A DNA stretch of 64,000 nt from assembly GCF_009914755.1 (NCBI RefSeq), contig NC_060947.1; one strand, 5' to 3'. Position numbers and translations under genes: made by a program. The notes below the pieces were generated by a model. It saw only the letters and a program-made list of their open reading frames with translations, had not been told where the DNA came from and did not search any database. Origin of the DNA: the human T2T-CHM13v2.0 reference genome, Homo sapiens. Within the stretch, counting starts at the first letter, position 1. The number at the start of each line of letters is the position of its first letter. This document shows, piece after piece, positions 37,822-57,650 of the stretch.

Positions 37822-40312
37822 TTTTTTTTTTTTTTCAGTATGTCTAAACATTTTGGAATTGTAATTTAAATCATAAGGGCAAAAGCTGAAAATTAATGCT
37901 TAGGTTTACTAGTAAGTGCACCCTTCCCTGTTTCCCCCAAATAAAATCAGTTTATTTTTTAATTGTACCCCAAAGCAAGTTCTCTCAGTACGAAGCAACT
38001 ACTGCGTACACACAAAATGGTTGTTAATGTAATAACTTCCCTGGCTCACCCAACGTGCAGTGCACACGACTTCAAAGACTACAATTTAGGGCAAGTATAC
38101 ATGAAATGAGAAAACAACTCTCTAAGTTTCAAAACCTGCTGTTAAATTATTTCTAGGACACTCAGGTCATATTTACTTCTCAGTAGGATGTTGCACTGTC
38201 ATTTGGTTATCAGTCTACCTCGCAGTGTACATTACCAGATGCCAATTGGAGGGACTAGAGATAAAACTTATGTAGTACTATTTCTTAATGGGCTGAATAA
38301 GGTAATTACAAATAAGTTTGCCTTACATCCTGTTGAAGACCTCTTTACAGCCTCAGTACCTAACAATATCTAGCAGGCTCCAAGAATGCTCATCAGGTGA
38401 AACGATGATGTAACATTTGAAAATGGAGCCAGATACTTCAGCTTAAGTCATTCAGAGCCAAATATCTGAAGAATGGCCAAAATCAAATCTTTATTTTTAT
38501 AACTGTATAAATGTGATCCAAATGTGTCCACCACCAGTTTTTCAAAAAGAAACATGCTATAAATAAGCAAACTACATCTGCTCACTGATGTGTGTATGGA
38601 CTCCCTGGATGTCTCATTGAGCTTAATTACAGACCACTCACAGTAATGGATTTTTAGTGTATAGTGTAGCTTGATGTTAAGCCATTTTAGCTTTTGCGCA
38701 TACATGTTGTGCTGGCTGGTAACGGAGAAGAATTTGCAGCATTACAATGTTAAGCTAGGTTGTATCCATCCCATTAAATGGCATCAATATCAATGTCATC
38801 ATCCTTGTTGTTGGACTTTACAGTTTCAACTTTAGGTACACTGGCAGTCTTCTAATACACCACCTCAATGTTCTCATCTTCATCTTCTTCACCACCAGAA
38901 GATTCTTCCTCTGCCTCCATTTTATAAATGGTTCTACTTTGACACGAATCTCTTTGGCAGGTTCTTTTGAGACATGTTTCTTAAAGGCCTTTTTCCGACC
39001 AGCTGATGACGACCTCTTCTTCTAAAAAATCTACATCATACATCTCCTTCAAGATATTTGGAATCTTAGAGATAAGCTGAGCTTGGTGCATTGCTACCCC
39101 ACACGTAAAGCCATGAAGAAGGTACCATTGAGCTTTTTTGTTGTTGTGACAAAATCATAAGAAATGGTGCCTGTATTTCTTATGTGTTCTCTAATCTCCT
39201 CTTTAAAAAGAACTTCAGTCAGAACAAGAGGGCCCATGGCTTTAACATCCAGTCCTTCTGCTTCAGTAACAATTTCTTTGTCACATAAATCAATGATACC
39301 CTCTTCTTTCTTTTTCTTCACAAAATCAAACAGGATGTTGGCCCGCTCCTCAACTGTTTTTTCCAAATCATCATGGAGTATCAGAACTTTTGCATGATCA
39401 CTGATTTCATCCATTCTGCACCTTTGAGCTTCCTCAGTTGTATCTTCCCCCCAGTCATCCTCCTCTTCTTCCACTGTATGTGGAGGAGGGCTAATTTCTT
39501 TGGTGGTGGTGTCTCACTGCTGGATACGGAGCCATTTTCCTTGTCTTTGCCCTTTATATTTTTCTTTTCCTTTTCTTTCTTTCCTGTACCACTGTCACTA
39601 TTCTCAGGTGGGTTTTTGAGAATGAATGTGCAGAGTTTATGATGTGTGTCAAGCATGCCTCGATAGCCACAGGCTTTATAAGAATTACCTATTGTTTGCT
39701 GCTTTGGCTTGACATGCATATCTGTTTCAGGATTCTCACATTCAGGACAGAGAACAAATTTTTTAATGAGTCCATCCAATATGTCTTGCAGCTTATTGGC
39801 CTCCTGAGATCCATTCACAATGTAACAACGTATCCCACCAAAATACTTGGTGGGATACCTTGGAGGCCAATTAAGCGCCTTTGCAGTGTCAGTCATGTTG
39901 ACTATAACTGTCTTGATTCCATTTCCTTTGCCCTCAACCTTGGCAATCAGACAGGGCATCTTGTAATAGAACTGGTCTGATATGCTGGGGTTGACGTTGA
40001 CAGACATTTTGGCTTATTGGTGGCTTTATCAATAAGATGAAGAGATCTTTGATTGCAGCTTTTTTATATCTTCTGTCTGGAGAAGAAGGGATGACATAAA
40101 CAACTGCAAAAGTTCTCGGTCTCTAATGTGAAAACATTTTCACCACTGAGGCTGTAAGCGTCTTGCTTGTATGCTATGTTTCCCCAATACAGGTACTAAT
40201 GGCTGCGCAAAAGCTCTTCTGGTGAAGGCCTCCCTGCTCTCCCACGCTTGAAAAGCGCTGTCCTTCATGCTTCCCTGTCACCTTGCTCCTAGCAGGCATC
40301 ACGTCGAGTCCA
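37822..40312 (-). pseudogene. EIF5P1: Processed EIF5 pseudogene (CDS remnant 40007 to 38774, with UTRs and A-tail)
   Basis: Intronless. [56 protein letters not shown]-terminal KDDDIDIDAI* (TAA 38774-38776), with frameshifts and a T-run at 37822-37835. The symbol is from memory of the locus. Confidence 0.93.
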
Positions 40313-40327
40313 CCCTGCCAGTTTATC

Positions 40328-41215
<888 letters not shown>

Positions 41216-41344
41216 TGAAAAAATCCTTAGGTTTTAATAAAATTCCACGTCCTCCATTCTCTGAAATCTGTATGAAGTACCAGAAGTCTCAATTTGACAA
41301 TAGACATGGTCAGGATATTTCTAATGTTTGGATGATCCTCTGCA

Positions 41345-41885
41345 AACTAGAGGCCAGCAGACTTCTGTAAAGGGCCAGAGAGTAAATATTTTTGGCTCTG
41401 TGGGCCAAATTACTCCTCTGTGCTGTATAGCATGAACGCTGCTGTAGACAGTATGTAAATGAAAGGATTGTGTGCCAATAAATCTTTATTTACAAAAGCA
41501 GGCATTGAGCAGTAATTGGCATCCTGGCTGGGGCTTGCTGTCCTTGGTAAGCAGTGGTTTTCAAAGTATGGTTCCCAGACCAGCAGCATCAGTATCCCCT
41601 GGGAACTTGGTAGGGATGAAAATTCTTGGACCCCACTCTAGACCTACCGAACCCCAAACCAGAAGTTAGGAATCATCTGGGTGATGCTAATGCTGGCTCC
41701 ACACAGCAGAGCAGTTCTCTGTACAACTGCTCTACAGAGATGTGGCCTGTCTGCCATTTGTATTCTAATTAGCATGTGCAAAACCTCGGAATCACGGTTG
41801 CTGGGACCCAGGGACCTGAATTTTAACAACTGGCTCAGATGGTTTTATACACACTGAAATCGGAACCAGTTTCTAAAGCAGCACT
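41345..41885. mobile_element. MER58A followed by MER5A-like fragments
   Basis: ctgtaaagggccagagagtaaatatttttggc; cagtggttttcaaagtatggttcccagaccagcagcatcag. Confidence 0.65.
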
Positions 41886-43517
41886 TCTCTGAACCAGTAG
41901 AGGACGTGGGGGAGGCGTCAGGGAAGTTTTTCAAACTACAGCCTGAGCTTGCTTGGGGTACTTTGCAAGGAGGGGGTAAATGTGGAAAATGGGAGCAGTT
42001 GTGGCTTTTTGTTAGCTTATTGTGAACTCTGCCCCTGGTACCTGGTCTGGGAAGGTGGATTTATTTCTTTTCTCCTACATGTAATGCGTGTTTTGAAACC
42101 CAGGAATTTCTGAAATTTTAAAGCCTGTTGGTTGTAATAAATATTGCACCCCACCACATTTGCTACCACATTTGCGAACTTTTATTTAGTATTTGAAGTG
42201 AAAACGGGTTGAGAAATATACCGTATGATCCATTGGTATCAAATATCTTGAATATGCAAATGCTTCAAATGCTTGAATATGCAAAGGCAGCAAAATGGTG
42301 GTTACCGGGGCGGAGTGCAGAGGGGAGGGTCTGCCAGCAGGCGTGGGGTTTCTGTTGGGGTGATGAAAATGTTCTGGACTTAGAGAGTGGTGGTTGCACA
42401 ACTCTGTGAATATACTAAAAACCCTTTGATTCTATACTGTAAAGAGGTAAATTTTATCGTATGTGAGTTATACTCAAGAAAGCAGTTATTTAAAAAAAGG
42501 AAATGGGTCGAGGTGTGTGTTCAGCCTTATTCTTGAATTGTAGAGACCTCACTGAGAGGAGGCTGACCCTGAAGGCCCCTGTTAGAGCCCATCCTGGGGC
42601 AGTTCTTCAGTGGCCCTGAATTCGTGTCACAGGGATCATCACTAAGCTGTGATTTTTGGTGCTGGATCTGACCCAGGAGCAGACAGGCCTGGGAAAGAGT
42701 GTGTGTTGTTTAAGGAGCCTCACCTCTGAGTGGGTGAACCCCGATTGAGGGAGAAACTCACATGGTGTTCCTCCAGGGCATGTAGCTGGAAGGCCCCCTG
42801 GGCTGGGGAGCTAGTGGCAGCCTGCAGGTTAGGGGAAGGGGGGAGGAGGCTGCAGTGGGGGAGGTGGGCAGGAGCCAGGGCCTTGCTCCAGGGCAGTGGG
42901 AGCCATGGAAGACTTTTAAGCAGGGTGTGGTGGCAAAGACCACTTGTAATAGAAGGGCAAATGGGTACAGGAGTTACAGGGAGGAATTAGGAAGCCTTGT
43001 CCTACCAGCAGTGATAGAGAAAAGTTAAGGGATGCGAGTGGTACCACCACGGCACAGTATCCGCATCTGGTGCAGGGATGGAGAATCCTGGTGCCTGAAC
43101 ACACGTGTGCATCTGTGCATGACTGCTTGCCTCTCCCTCCCTCCATCCCATCTGCCTGGGGGAGGCGAGGGCTGAGCAGGGATCAGTCCTGGGAGTCCTG
43201 GCTCCTGGATCTGTGCTCAGTGCCACGCAGGTGGCAGCTCCAGAAAGCTCTGCGGAGGGAATGGCCAAATCTGGTGCAGACCAGCTCCTCTCTGCCCAGG
43301 TGTGGCTAGGCTGCTTCAACATGCTTGCTTAGTGCCAGGAGGAGGAGGAGGAGTGCTCAGTGCCTCCGGGCAGGAGCGGACCTCCCTGGGGCTCTGTCCC
43401 TTCTCTGAGGACTCCCAGCAAACACTGGCAGCGGGGGTCTTCAATGCACTGTCCTAACTGCTTGGGCAGGAAATGAAGCAATTTGTTGGAAAAACTCAAT
43501 TTTGAGAATAAGAATAA

Positions 43518-43822
43518 TTCTTCTTCTTCTTCTTCTTCTTCTTCTTCTTCTCCTTCTCCTTCTCCTCCTCCTCCTCCTCCTCCTCCTCCTCCCTTCTCCC
43601 TTCTCCTCCTCCTTCTCCCTTCTCCTTCTCCTTCTCCCTTCTCCTTCTCCCTTCTCCTTCTCCTTCTCCCTTCTCCTTCTCCCTTCTCCTTCTCCCTTCT
43701 CCTTCTCCCTTCTCCTTCTCCTTCTTCCTTCTTCTTCTTTTCTTCTTCTTCTTCTCCTCCTCCTCCTCCTTCTCCTCTTCCTCCTCCTCCTCCTCCTCCT
43801 CCTTCTTCTCTTCTTCTTCTTC
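43518..43822. repeat. 305-nt pure pyrimidine tract of (CTT)n/(CCT)n/(CTCCTT)n at the tail of an antisense AluJ (43823-44056)
   Basis: No purine on the + strand from 43518 to 43822. Confidence 0.95.
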
Positions 43823-44263
43823 ATATTTTTAGAGACAGGGTCTCACTCTTGCTCAAACTGGAGTACAGTGGCATGATCATTGGTCACTGCAGCCTTAAAC
43901 TCCCAGGCTTAAGCTATCCTCCTGCCTCAGCCTCCCAAGTAGCTGGGACTAAAGGCTTGTGTCACCATGCCTGGCTAATTTTTCGATTTTTAGTAGAGAC
44001 AAGGTCTTGCTATGTTGCCCAGGCTGGTGTGGAACTCCTGGCCTCAAGTGATCTTGTCTCTGCCAATTTCATGTTATTCTTAAACATAAGATTTTATTTG
44101 AATGGTCACCATAAATAGATCTTATTTTTGTAGTTATGTCTTCACTGCATGTAAAATTGTATAGTGTGCTAGGAAAACAGAATCAGGTAGTAGTTACTTC
44201 TCCCAGGAAGAGGCAGGATCTATACGAAGTCATTTTTGCTTTTTGCTTTGTTTTTGGTAATAA

Positions 44264-45098
<835 letters not shown>

Positions 45099-45190
45099 CT
45101 AGAAATCTTCCATTCCATAGATTTTGCCCCTCTCTTCCTCCCCTCCCCACAAAGAAATAAGTCATTTGGAGCAAAGCAATTGCTTAAACT

Positions 45191-46510
45191 TTTCTTAGCT
45201 GGTTTCCGGAGCTCCCTGGGAAGAATGAGGGTGGAAAGCTGGAGGGGCGTTCTGGGTATTGGAATGCAAGCCAGTGGATCTGTAGCCCGCTGTGCTTCTG
45301 GGAGCCTGACACGACACACAACCGGCACACAACCGTTGTGCCCTTTTGAACTGTGCAGGGTCTTAGCTGGGCTGGGCAGTTTGACACGGCTGTTTTCACC
45401 ATCAGGACGTTCACTTATGGTTGAGTACCTGGCAAGGGTAGGGAGAGAGGAATGTTCCCAGCCATCTCCTGCGGGACACTTGGGCGGCTTTCTCCCTGGG
45501 ACCCCCATCTCGAGATGGCCTCGGGATTGTGGAGGGGGTGGCAGGGGTGCTGGGTTTGCTTTCATGAAAGAGCAAAGCAGTTTCCCTTCTACTTATCTTG
45601 TTTTCAGATGTAGTGGAATAAGCCAGGAAATATTTCTCCTGGATGAAAGGTCATTCTTCTTACATTGGAAGCTTTGGAAAAATCTCCCTAAATATCAAAA
45701 TACAAAGGTTATGGAATAATATGTGCTTCGAATAGCTTAAGTGGTTAAAAAATTCTCTTTGCAGCTCAATATTAAAGGAAAAATAATAGACTGTTCTTGG
45801 ACAAAAATGAAAGGGATCACGAAGAATGTGTTTCCAGCCAGCTTCCTGCACTGGGGTTATTGCACCAGGACTGTCTCCCTAGTAGAGGCCCTGTTTACTA
45901 TGTTGCTTAGTCCTTGCTTCACAAAAGCAATATTTGAACCAATAATCCCACAACAGCATGACATTTTAACTTGTAAGACTTTGGGTTTTCACAACATGGT
46001 GGGAGTCTGTTTTGGTATTTTGTTCTATAAATTCAGTTGGGGCTGACAAAATTAATGAACTGGCATTTTAGAGAAAGTGACATTGTAACTTCCCCTCCTC
46101 TTCGCATGTTTACATCCACACTGATAAAGATGCAATCTTGTCTGTAGCTCATTCTCCAGGAACTTGAGTGTCAAGGACAGTCTGCACGGCCCTTGGGAAA
46201 TGGGCATTCCCTGGCATTGAGTTGTTAATTGGACGCTGAGTGCTCGAGCTGCATTTATGGTTCCATATGTGGGTGTATGTTTGTGTTTCAGTGAGGAAGA
46301 TAGTAGCTGCTTCCCTCCCACAGCCTTGTGGACCCTGGCTGCACATTTGAGTTGCCTGTTTGACGCTGTCTGACCCTTTCTTAGCCAGTTTCTGGAGCTC
46401 CCTGGGAAGAATGAGGGTGGAAAGCTAGAGGGGAGTCCTGGGTATTGGAATGCAAGCCAGTGGATCTGTAGCCTGCTGTGCTTCTGGGCACCCAACACGA
46501 CACACAACCG
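45191..46510 (+). repeat. 134-bp dispersed direct repeat (45191-45324 and 46377-46510)
   Basis: Ungapped alignment with 11 mismatches by manual count. Confidence 0.92.
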
Positions 46511-47059
46511 TGTGTGTTCCCACAGAACCTCTGTGTGTGTCTGAAGCCCTCTGGGTGACTCCACCTGTGGCCACAGTTGGGAGCAAGCCTGCCTGGGCCT
46601 CCGCCTCCTGCAAATGTGATAGTCCCCACCCAGGGTGGGTGCATGTGCCTCTCACGGTAGCAACTCCATGGCTTGCCTGAGGTGGGCCAGGTTCTTCGGG
46701 TGCTAATGTCTCACCGCCCTGTCCAGTTCTGGTTCTCAGTGAATGTGTTATGCCATCATGACCTTTGTCACTTTCTTCCCCTTGCCTTGTTTTTGCACAT
46801 TGGAATTTGCAAGCGGGTCTGTGGTCATCCGAAGTTGTGCTCTTCATGCATAACCTGGCCTCCACGCCTCACTGCTGGGCTCGGATGACACAGGTGGGAG
46901 ACTTCTGAATATTAGAAGTTTATTGGAACATCTAAATTGTATTCTAAATAACCTTTTTCTTTTTTTGACAGGTATCATTTTCCTTTTTTTTTAATCTCTA
47001 TTTCTAAGAATAACTTTATCTTCAGCTCTTATCCATCATTTAAAAACAATAACAAAAGA

Positions 47060-51465
<4,406 letters not shown>

Positions 51466-51918
51466 ACCCCTAGTTTCTTAGATAACTGTCCAGCCTGTTG
51501 GCAAAGGCCAGACATTAACACCATGTGTTGAATGCATGGGTCTCACGAGAGGCATCTTGTGAGTTCTGAGTTTAGGCAGAAGGCGAGAGAAGTCAGATTC
51601 TGTTGTGCGTTAGAGGAAGGCTTAAGGTTGAACCCATGGAACTACACACAGGAGAGTGGGGAGGGAAACTGAGGAAAACACTGACTTTTGTCAGAAAAGA
51701 CTGTTTCAGAGGGGAAACCGAAATAGCTGGTTAGTGCCCTAGATGTGGTTTGTCAACATGGCACTATCGACATTTGGGGCTTGATGATTCTTTGCTGTGG
51801 GGACTTTTCTGTGGATTGTAGGATATTTAGCAACATCTTGGCATCTGTCTCCAAATGAGGACAACCAAAACTGTTTCTAGACATTGCCAAGTGTCTAGGG
51901 GATGGGGACCACAGTCAC

Positions 51919-52571
<653 letters not shown>

Positions 52572-54188
52572 CACGCCAGTTAGGAGCCACTGCTATCCAC
52601 TGTCAGATTCTCCCTAATGTGTCATCCTTCCCTTGGCCTTAGGGCTGGGACCCCTAGGGAACCTTAGTTAAGGTCTTCGCACCTTCTTCTTTCGTGTGTT
52701 CTCTTTGTGCTGAAGTTTGCTTCAGGTGTTTAAGAGAGTCTGGTCCTTGAAGAGGCAGGATGACCTTGGCAAGACCTGGAGGAGCCAGGGGTGCCTGTCC
52801 AGAGGCAGGGAGCTCCTTAGGCCTGCACAGTGGGGCTTGGCCAGGGATCCATCCTCAGGACTTGGTTCTGCTATGGGAGGTAACGCCCACCCTGTGTCTC
52901 TCTAGCCCGCCGAGCCCCTCCCTCTGCAGCACACCCCTCCTTGCTGGTCTTGCACTTTGTGTTTGTCAGGGAGCATGACTAGGTTGGTGGGGAGTGGAAA
53001 GGAAATCTCCAGTCCTGAGGGATGCTGTCCCGTGGCCATCTCTTGGTCGAGTCTTTTGGAATTGTGTGCTGGCTCCCTCGAAGTAGAATGCATGTGACCA
53101 TGTGGCACATGCAGGCTTAGTAGTTAGGAAACCGTTTACCCAGTAGGCACATGGGATAGGGAGCGGGCACAGCTAGAGCTGGGAGTGCCCCAGCACACTA
53201 GACGAACCAGCAGGAGCCTGCATATGAACCGGCTGAGCTCCCCAGCTGACCGCTGAGCTCACTTGCAGGTCAATGTGTCCTGGGGCTTGCTTGTTGAACA
53301 CTAACGTGTGTGCAGGTTGCAGGGGTAAGGGTGGGGGGCGGGTGCACCTCACTCTGAGCCCGCTTCTCTGATGGCCCCTGCTTGCTGGTCTACCAGGTGT
53401 TCCTCTGGCCAAGGTCAAAACCTCAGATATTTGATATTTCTTGTTTTGTGTATAGGAAGTACTAGAAATCTACTTTGTAATGGGTCAGAGGAAGGGGAAG
53501 GACTTATTTGTGTTGGTTTTTGAAGCAGGAAGTGGCCACATGCAAAGGTTTTCCTGTGACTGGGCAGTCACAGAGGGGAGATGAGATGGGAGGAGGAGTT
53601 GCCGGCACAATGGAAAGTGCTTTACTTCTACTTAACAAATGTCTTCTCGCGTCCTTGTGGAGAAGGAAAACAGCAGGTGGCCCTGGGACTCTGTTGACTA
53701 GGAAATGACAGACGGAACAAAACCGCAGCCTCAGAGCAAGCATCCCTGAGCCCCTTCACTGTCTGTGTGTGGGAACACATTGGTCCTCATTCCGTAACGG
53801 GAATCTGCCAGTTGTGGAGCGGGCGTTTTATTACCTGTGACCGCCCCATGTTGAAATGAATACACTTTTTGTCCAGTTTTCTCTCTGGCTCTTGTGTTAG
53901 TGTAGTGACCCGCAGTCTCTCCTCTCCAAGGCAGACTTCCACATTTTCCCAAAGTGCTGGAAATTCTCTTCTCCTAGGTCATCATGAAGAAAATGAATCA
54001 AAATACTGGGAGATGTTTGCTCTGCAGGCTACTTTTGTTTAAAACTATATTATGAATCACTGTACACATTTTCAGCTACCCCACCCCTGCATCGGACCTC
54101 CTAATTAGGGACCTCATAACTAAGCACTTAGTTACTAGGACATTGAGCGCTGAAGGACTCCACTGACAATGAAGAGACACACAAGTAG

Positions 54189-54191
<3 letters not shown>

Positions 54192-54224
<33 letters not shown>
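54192..54224. repeat. (TG)n microsatellite
   Basis: About 16 TG units; shorter (TG)n at ~7963-7981. Confidence 0.9.
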
Positions 54225-54225
<1 letters not shown>

Positions 54226-54574
54226 ATGCACGTGCACACATGATAACAGAATTCCAGACAACTCCAGACAGCCAGAACTACTTTGGTTGCAAGTGACAGA
54301 AATACAGCCTAGACCATTAGCTTCCGTGGGAGAGGGACTGCATTAACTCCCCAGCTAGAAAGTCTCGAGGGGCTTCAGGCATGCTGGAGGACCCACTGTG
54401 TCTCCCTGTCCCACCCCACTGAGATCCGACGGCCTCCTTCCTGCTGGCCTAGTTCTCCAGCACATTTCCCACAGTGGCCACACGTGTCCCTGGGCTTGTG
54501 TTCTACAGACCTGCAGCCTCAAAGGAAGGATATGTTCCTCCCTGACAAGCCTCGCTGAGGTTCCCATCTACACT

Positions 54575-54765
54575 AGTGGTTCACAATTGGGAGTGACTTT
54601 GCTCCCCAGACATTTGGCAATGTCCAGAGGTATTTTTGGTTGTCTTAAGATGGGGGGATGCCACTGGCCTTTGTGGGTGGAGAGCAGGGATGCTGCTCAA
54701 CATCTGCCAGTGCGCAAGATGCCCCCCACAGCAAACGGGGGTCCATCTCAGTGTGGTGGTGGTGC
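54575..54765. mobile_element. MER20 DNA transposon (opposite orientation)
   Basis: acatttggcaatgtccagag...agggatgctgctcaacatc. Confidence 0.65.
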
Positions 54766-57139
54766 TGAGCCAAGAGCTGCAGCGCTGGACCTGTCACCCT
54801 ATCCCAGGACTGTGGCCCCCAGCATGGGTTGAGTCCCATGCACCAGGAGAGTGCTGGGGAAGCCTGTCAGGAGGAGGTGGTGTCCTCCAGAGGGAGGAAT
54901 CTGCTGGAAGAAAAGAGAGGCTCAGACACTCCGTGTGGTGTTGCATGTCCTCCAGAATGTTGTGCGCATGGGAAATGCTGTATAGGTGCCTGCAGAACCG
55001 AGCCGGCAAGACAGGGAGGCAGAGCTCCCTCCAAAACAGGGAGCAGAGCTCGGTGCTCACTGCTTTGCTCAGGTGTTGCCAAGGCAGCTCGTGGAACTTC
55101 ACCTGGAAGAGGTCAAGGGGAAGCCATGGGCTCATTGCGAAGTAAATTGGTGTTGCTCATCAGTGCTCTTGGCCATTCCTCCCCAGTGCTCTTTCTCCAC
55201 CTTATTTATTTATTTATTTATTTTTTTTCTTTGAGACAACATCTCACAAAAAGTAAAAAAAAAAAGAAAAGAAATAAAAAGAGCATCTCACTGTTGCCCA
55301 GGCTGTGGCACAATCATGGTTCACCTTTTACCTTGATCTCCCAGGGTCAAGAGATTCTCCCACTTGGGTTTTCCTTGTCAGGGAGCTGAGCCAGGTAGAG
55401 AGGGGTGTTTGCAAGGTGCACTGCCCGTGCCTGCAGGATCTGATTACTGGTGCAGAGCCCATGGTTTAGCTTTGTGCTGGCTTTGTTCTAAAACTTCACC
55501 CAGCATCTGCCACTGTGCAGAAACAGGTGGCGCTCCATCAGGAGGTGGTGCTGTCGTGTCCTACCCAAGGTGCCAGTCAGGGGAGTCCCTGTTCATCCTC
55601 ATTGATTCTGATGTCCAGAATCTTACAGAGAATTTTTTTCTTTATGTAAAGTAGGTTTTATTGTGTTCACCTTGAAAACAACTCACTGATGGGAAAAAAC
55701 ACACTGACAGTGTTGACTGCAAATAGAGTGACCTCATATCATTTCAAACTGGGAGTCAGGAAACTAGACCTGCAGGGCAGAGAACCTGTGCTTTGCAGTT
55801 GCCTGGAGGACCAGAAGTCCACAGGAAGAAAGGGCCAGTTGAATATATGCACGGACAGATGTGTATGGGGCAAATAATTCCCGGGGCTCTGTCTCCCTCT
55901 CTTCCCTCCTCCCTGTCCAGCAGTTTTAATGTTTCGAGCCTTGCTGTTCTAAGGAAGGAAGCAAGAGCAGCAGCAGCGTCATCCCCTTGGAAGCACATTA
56001 GAATGCAGGGCAATGGGGAGAAACCATGCGGCTGCACTAGCGTTTAGGAAAACGTTAATTCTTATGCCATCTTACAGGTCCTGGCTACAAAAAGTAAAAT
56101 GAAGAAGAAAAGCAGCATTAGCATACACCATTGTATACCTCAAAGAAGGGTTGTGTTTTTAGCACCAGCGTGGGCCAGGAGGATTCTGATTTTAGAAAAC
56201 CAAACTTTTAAGGCTTTGGGAGAGCACCTGCCCTGCCCTAGGGGGGTACTGGGTGCAGAAGCCCAGCACTGCTTTTGCCTGACCTCACTGGCTCTCTTCA
56301 TGTTTTTTTTTTTTTTTGGTTGTTTTGAGTCAGGCTCTCGCTCTGTTGCCCAGGCTGGATGGAGTCCAGTGGAACCATCATAGGTCACTGCAGCCTCCAA
56401 CTCCTGGGCTCAAGTAATCCTCTCATCACTGGAGTAGTTGTGTGCCACCACGCCCGGCTCAGTTTTCTGTTTTTGTTTGGAGGCTGAACACAGAGGTTCC
56501 CTGAAGAAAGTTGGTTGGAGCTGGAGTTGTTCTAGAACCTCTCACTGTCAAGTAAAGAACCCTGCTGAGCAGCTGAGCCTGGAAGCTTCTTCGCACCCCT
56601 GAGCACCTTTCCTGAGCCACGTACAGCCCACCTGAAGGCATCTGCACACCTGGAGAGCGGGGAGGGGAGGGGCAGCAGACCCGGGCACCAGATCAGCCCT
56701 GGCCCAGGCCCAGGCCCAGGCCCAAGGCAGCCGTCTTTGCACGGTGCAGTGGGGAGTGGAAAGGCCCATGTCCCCTCTCCCAGCTCCTCTTTTTAGTGGA
56801 CAGCTGCCCTTGGGTAAAAGTGGACCATGCTCAGCCTCAGTTTTCTCTCTAAAAAGAGGGGAACCCCTGGCAGCATTGTGTCTGGAGTCTGCAGGGCCTC
56901 AGAGATTGCTGGACACATAGACAGCGCTCAACAGATAGGAACTGGAGGTTTCTAAGAACATTTCTGGGCCCGGTTTAGCATCTTTGCAATGTCTGTGTGC
57001 CCTCGCTTCTCTCCCTCTCTAGCTGTCCTTCAGCCTCAGCCTCAGTCTACCCCCCAGCTTCTCTCTCTCTCTCTTTTCTCCCTCTCTACCCCCTCCTTCT
57101 CCCTTCTCTCTCTCCCTTTCCCTCCCACTGTTTTTCTTT

Positions 57140-57650
57140 TACAGCTTTATCGAGATATGTGATTTTCTTTCTTTTTTTTTTGTTAAGAGACAGGGTCTCA
57201 CTATATTGACCACACCGGTCTTGAACTCCTGGCCTGAAGCAATCCTGCCATCTCAACCTCCCAAACTGCTGGGATTACAGGCGTGAGCCACTGTTGCCGG
57301 CCAATTTCTACACTATAAAATTCACCCATTTTAAGTATACAATTCAGTGATTTATAGTGAGTTCAAAGGTGTGCATCCTTCATCATGATTCAATTTTAGA
57401 TCCTTTCCATCACCCCCAAAAGATTCTTTTTATTCCTTTAAGCCATCCCTTCTGGTTCCCACCACAGCCCCAGGCAACCATGAATCTCCTTTCTGTCTCT
57501 GGACTTGCCTCATTTGGACACTCCCTGTACATGGAATCCTGCAGTATGTGGTGTTCTGTGACTGGCTTTTTGACTCCGCATCATATTTTCGGGATTGATC
57601 CACATTGCAGGTGGTATCGGTACTCCATTCCCTTCCGGTGCCAAGTGCTG
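57140..57650 (-). mobile_element. L1M 3'-end fragment with a nested Alu monomer
   Basis: aaattcacccattttaagtatacaattcagtga...caggcaaccatgaatctcctttctgtctct. Confidence 0.7.

Noticed and set aside
43441-44118. Poly-R/E, poly-L and poly-S/P ORFs
   Set aside because: By-products of the pyrimidine simple repeat.
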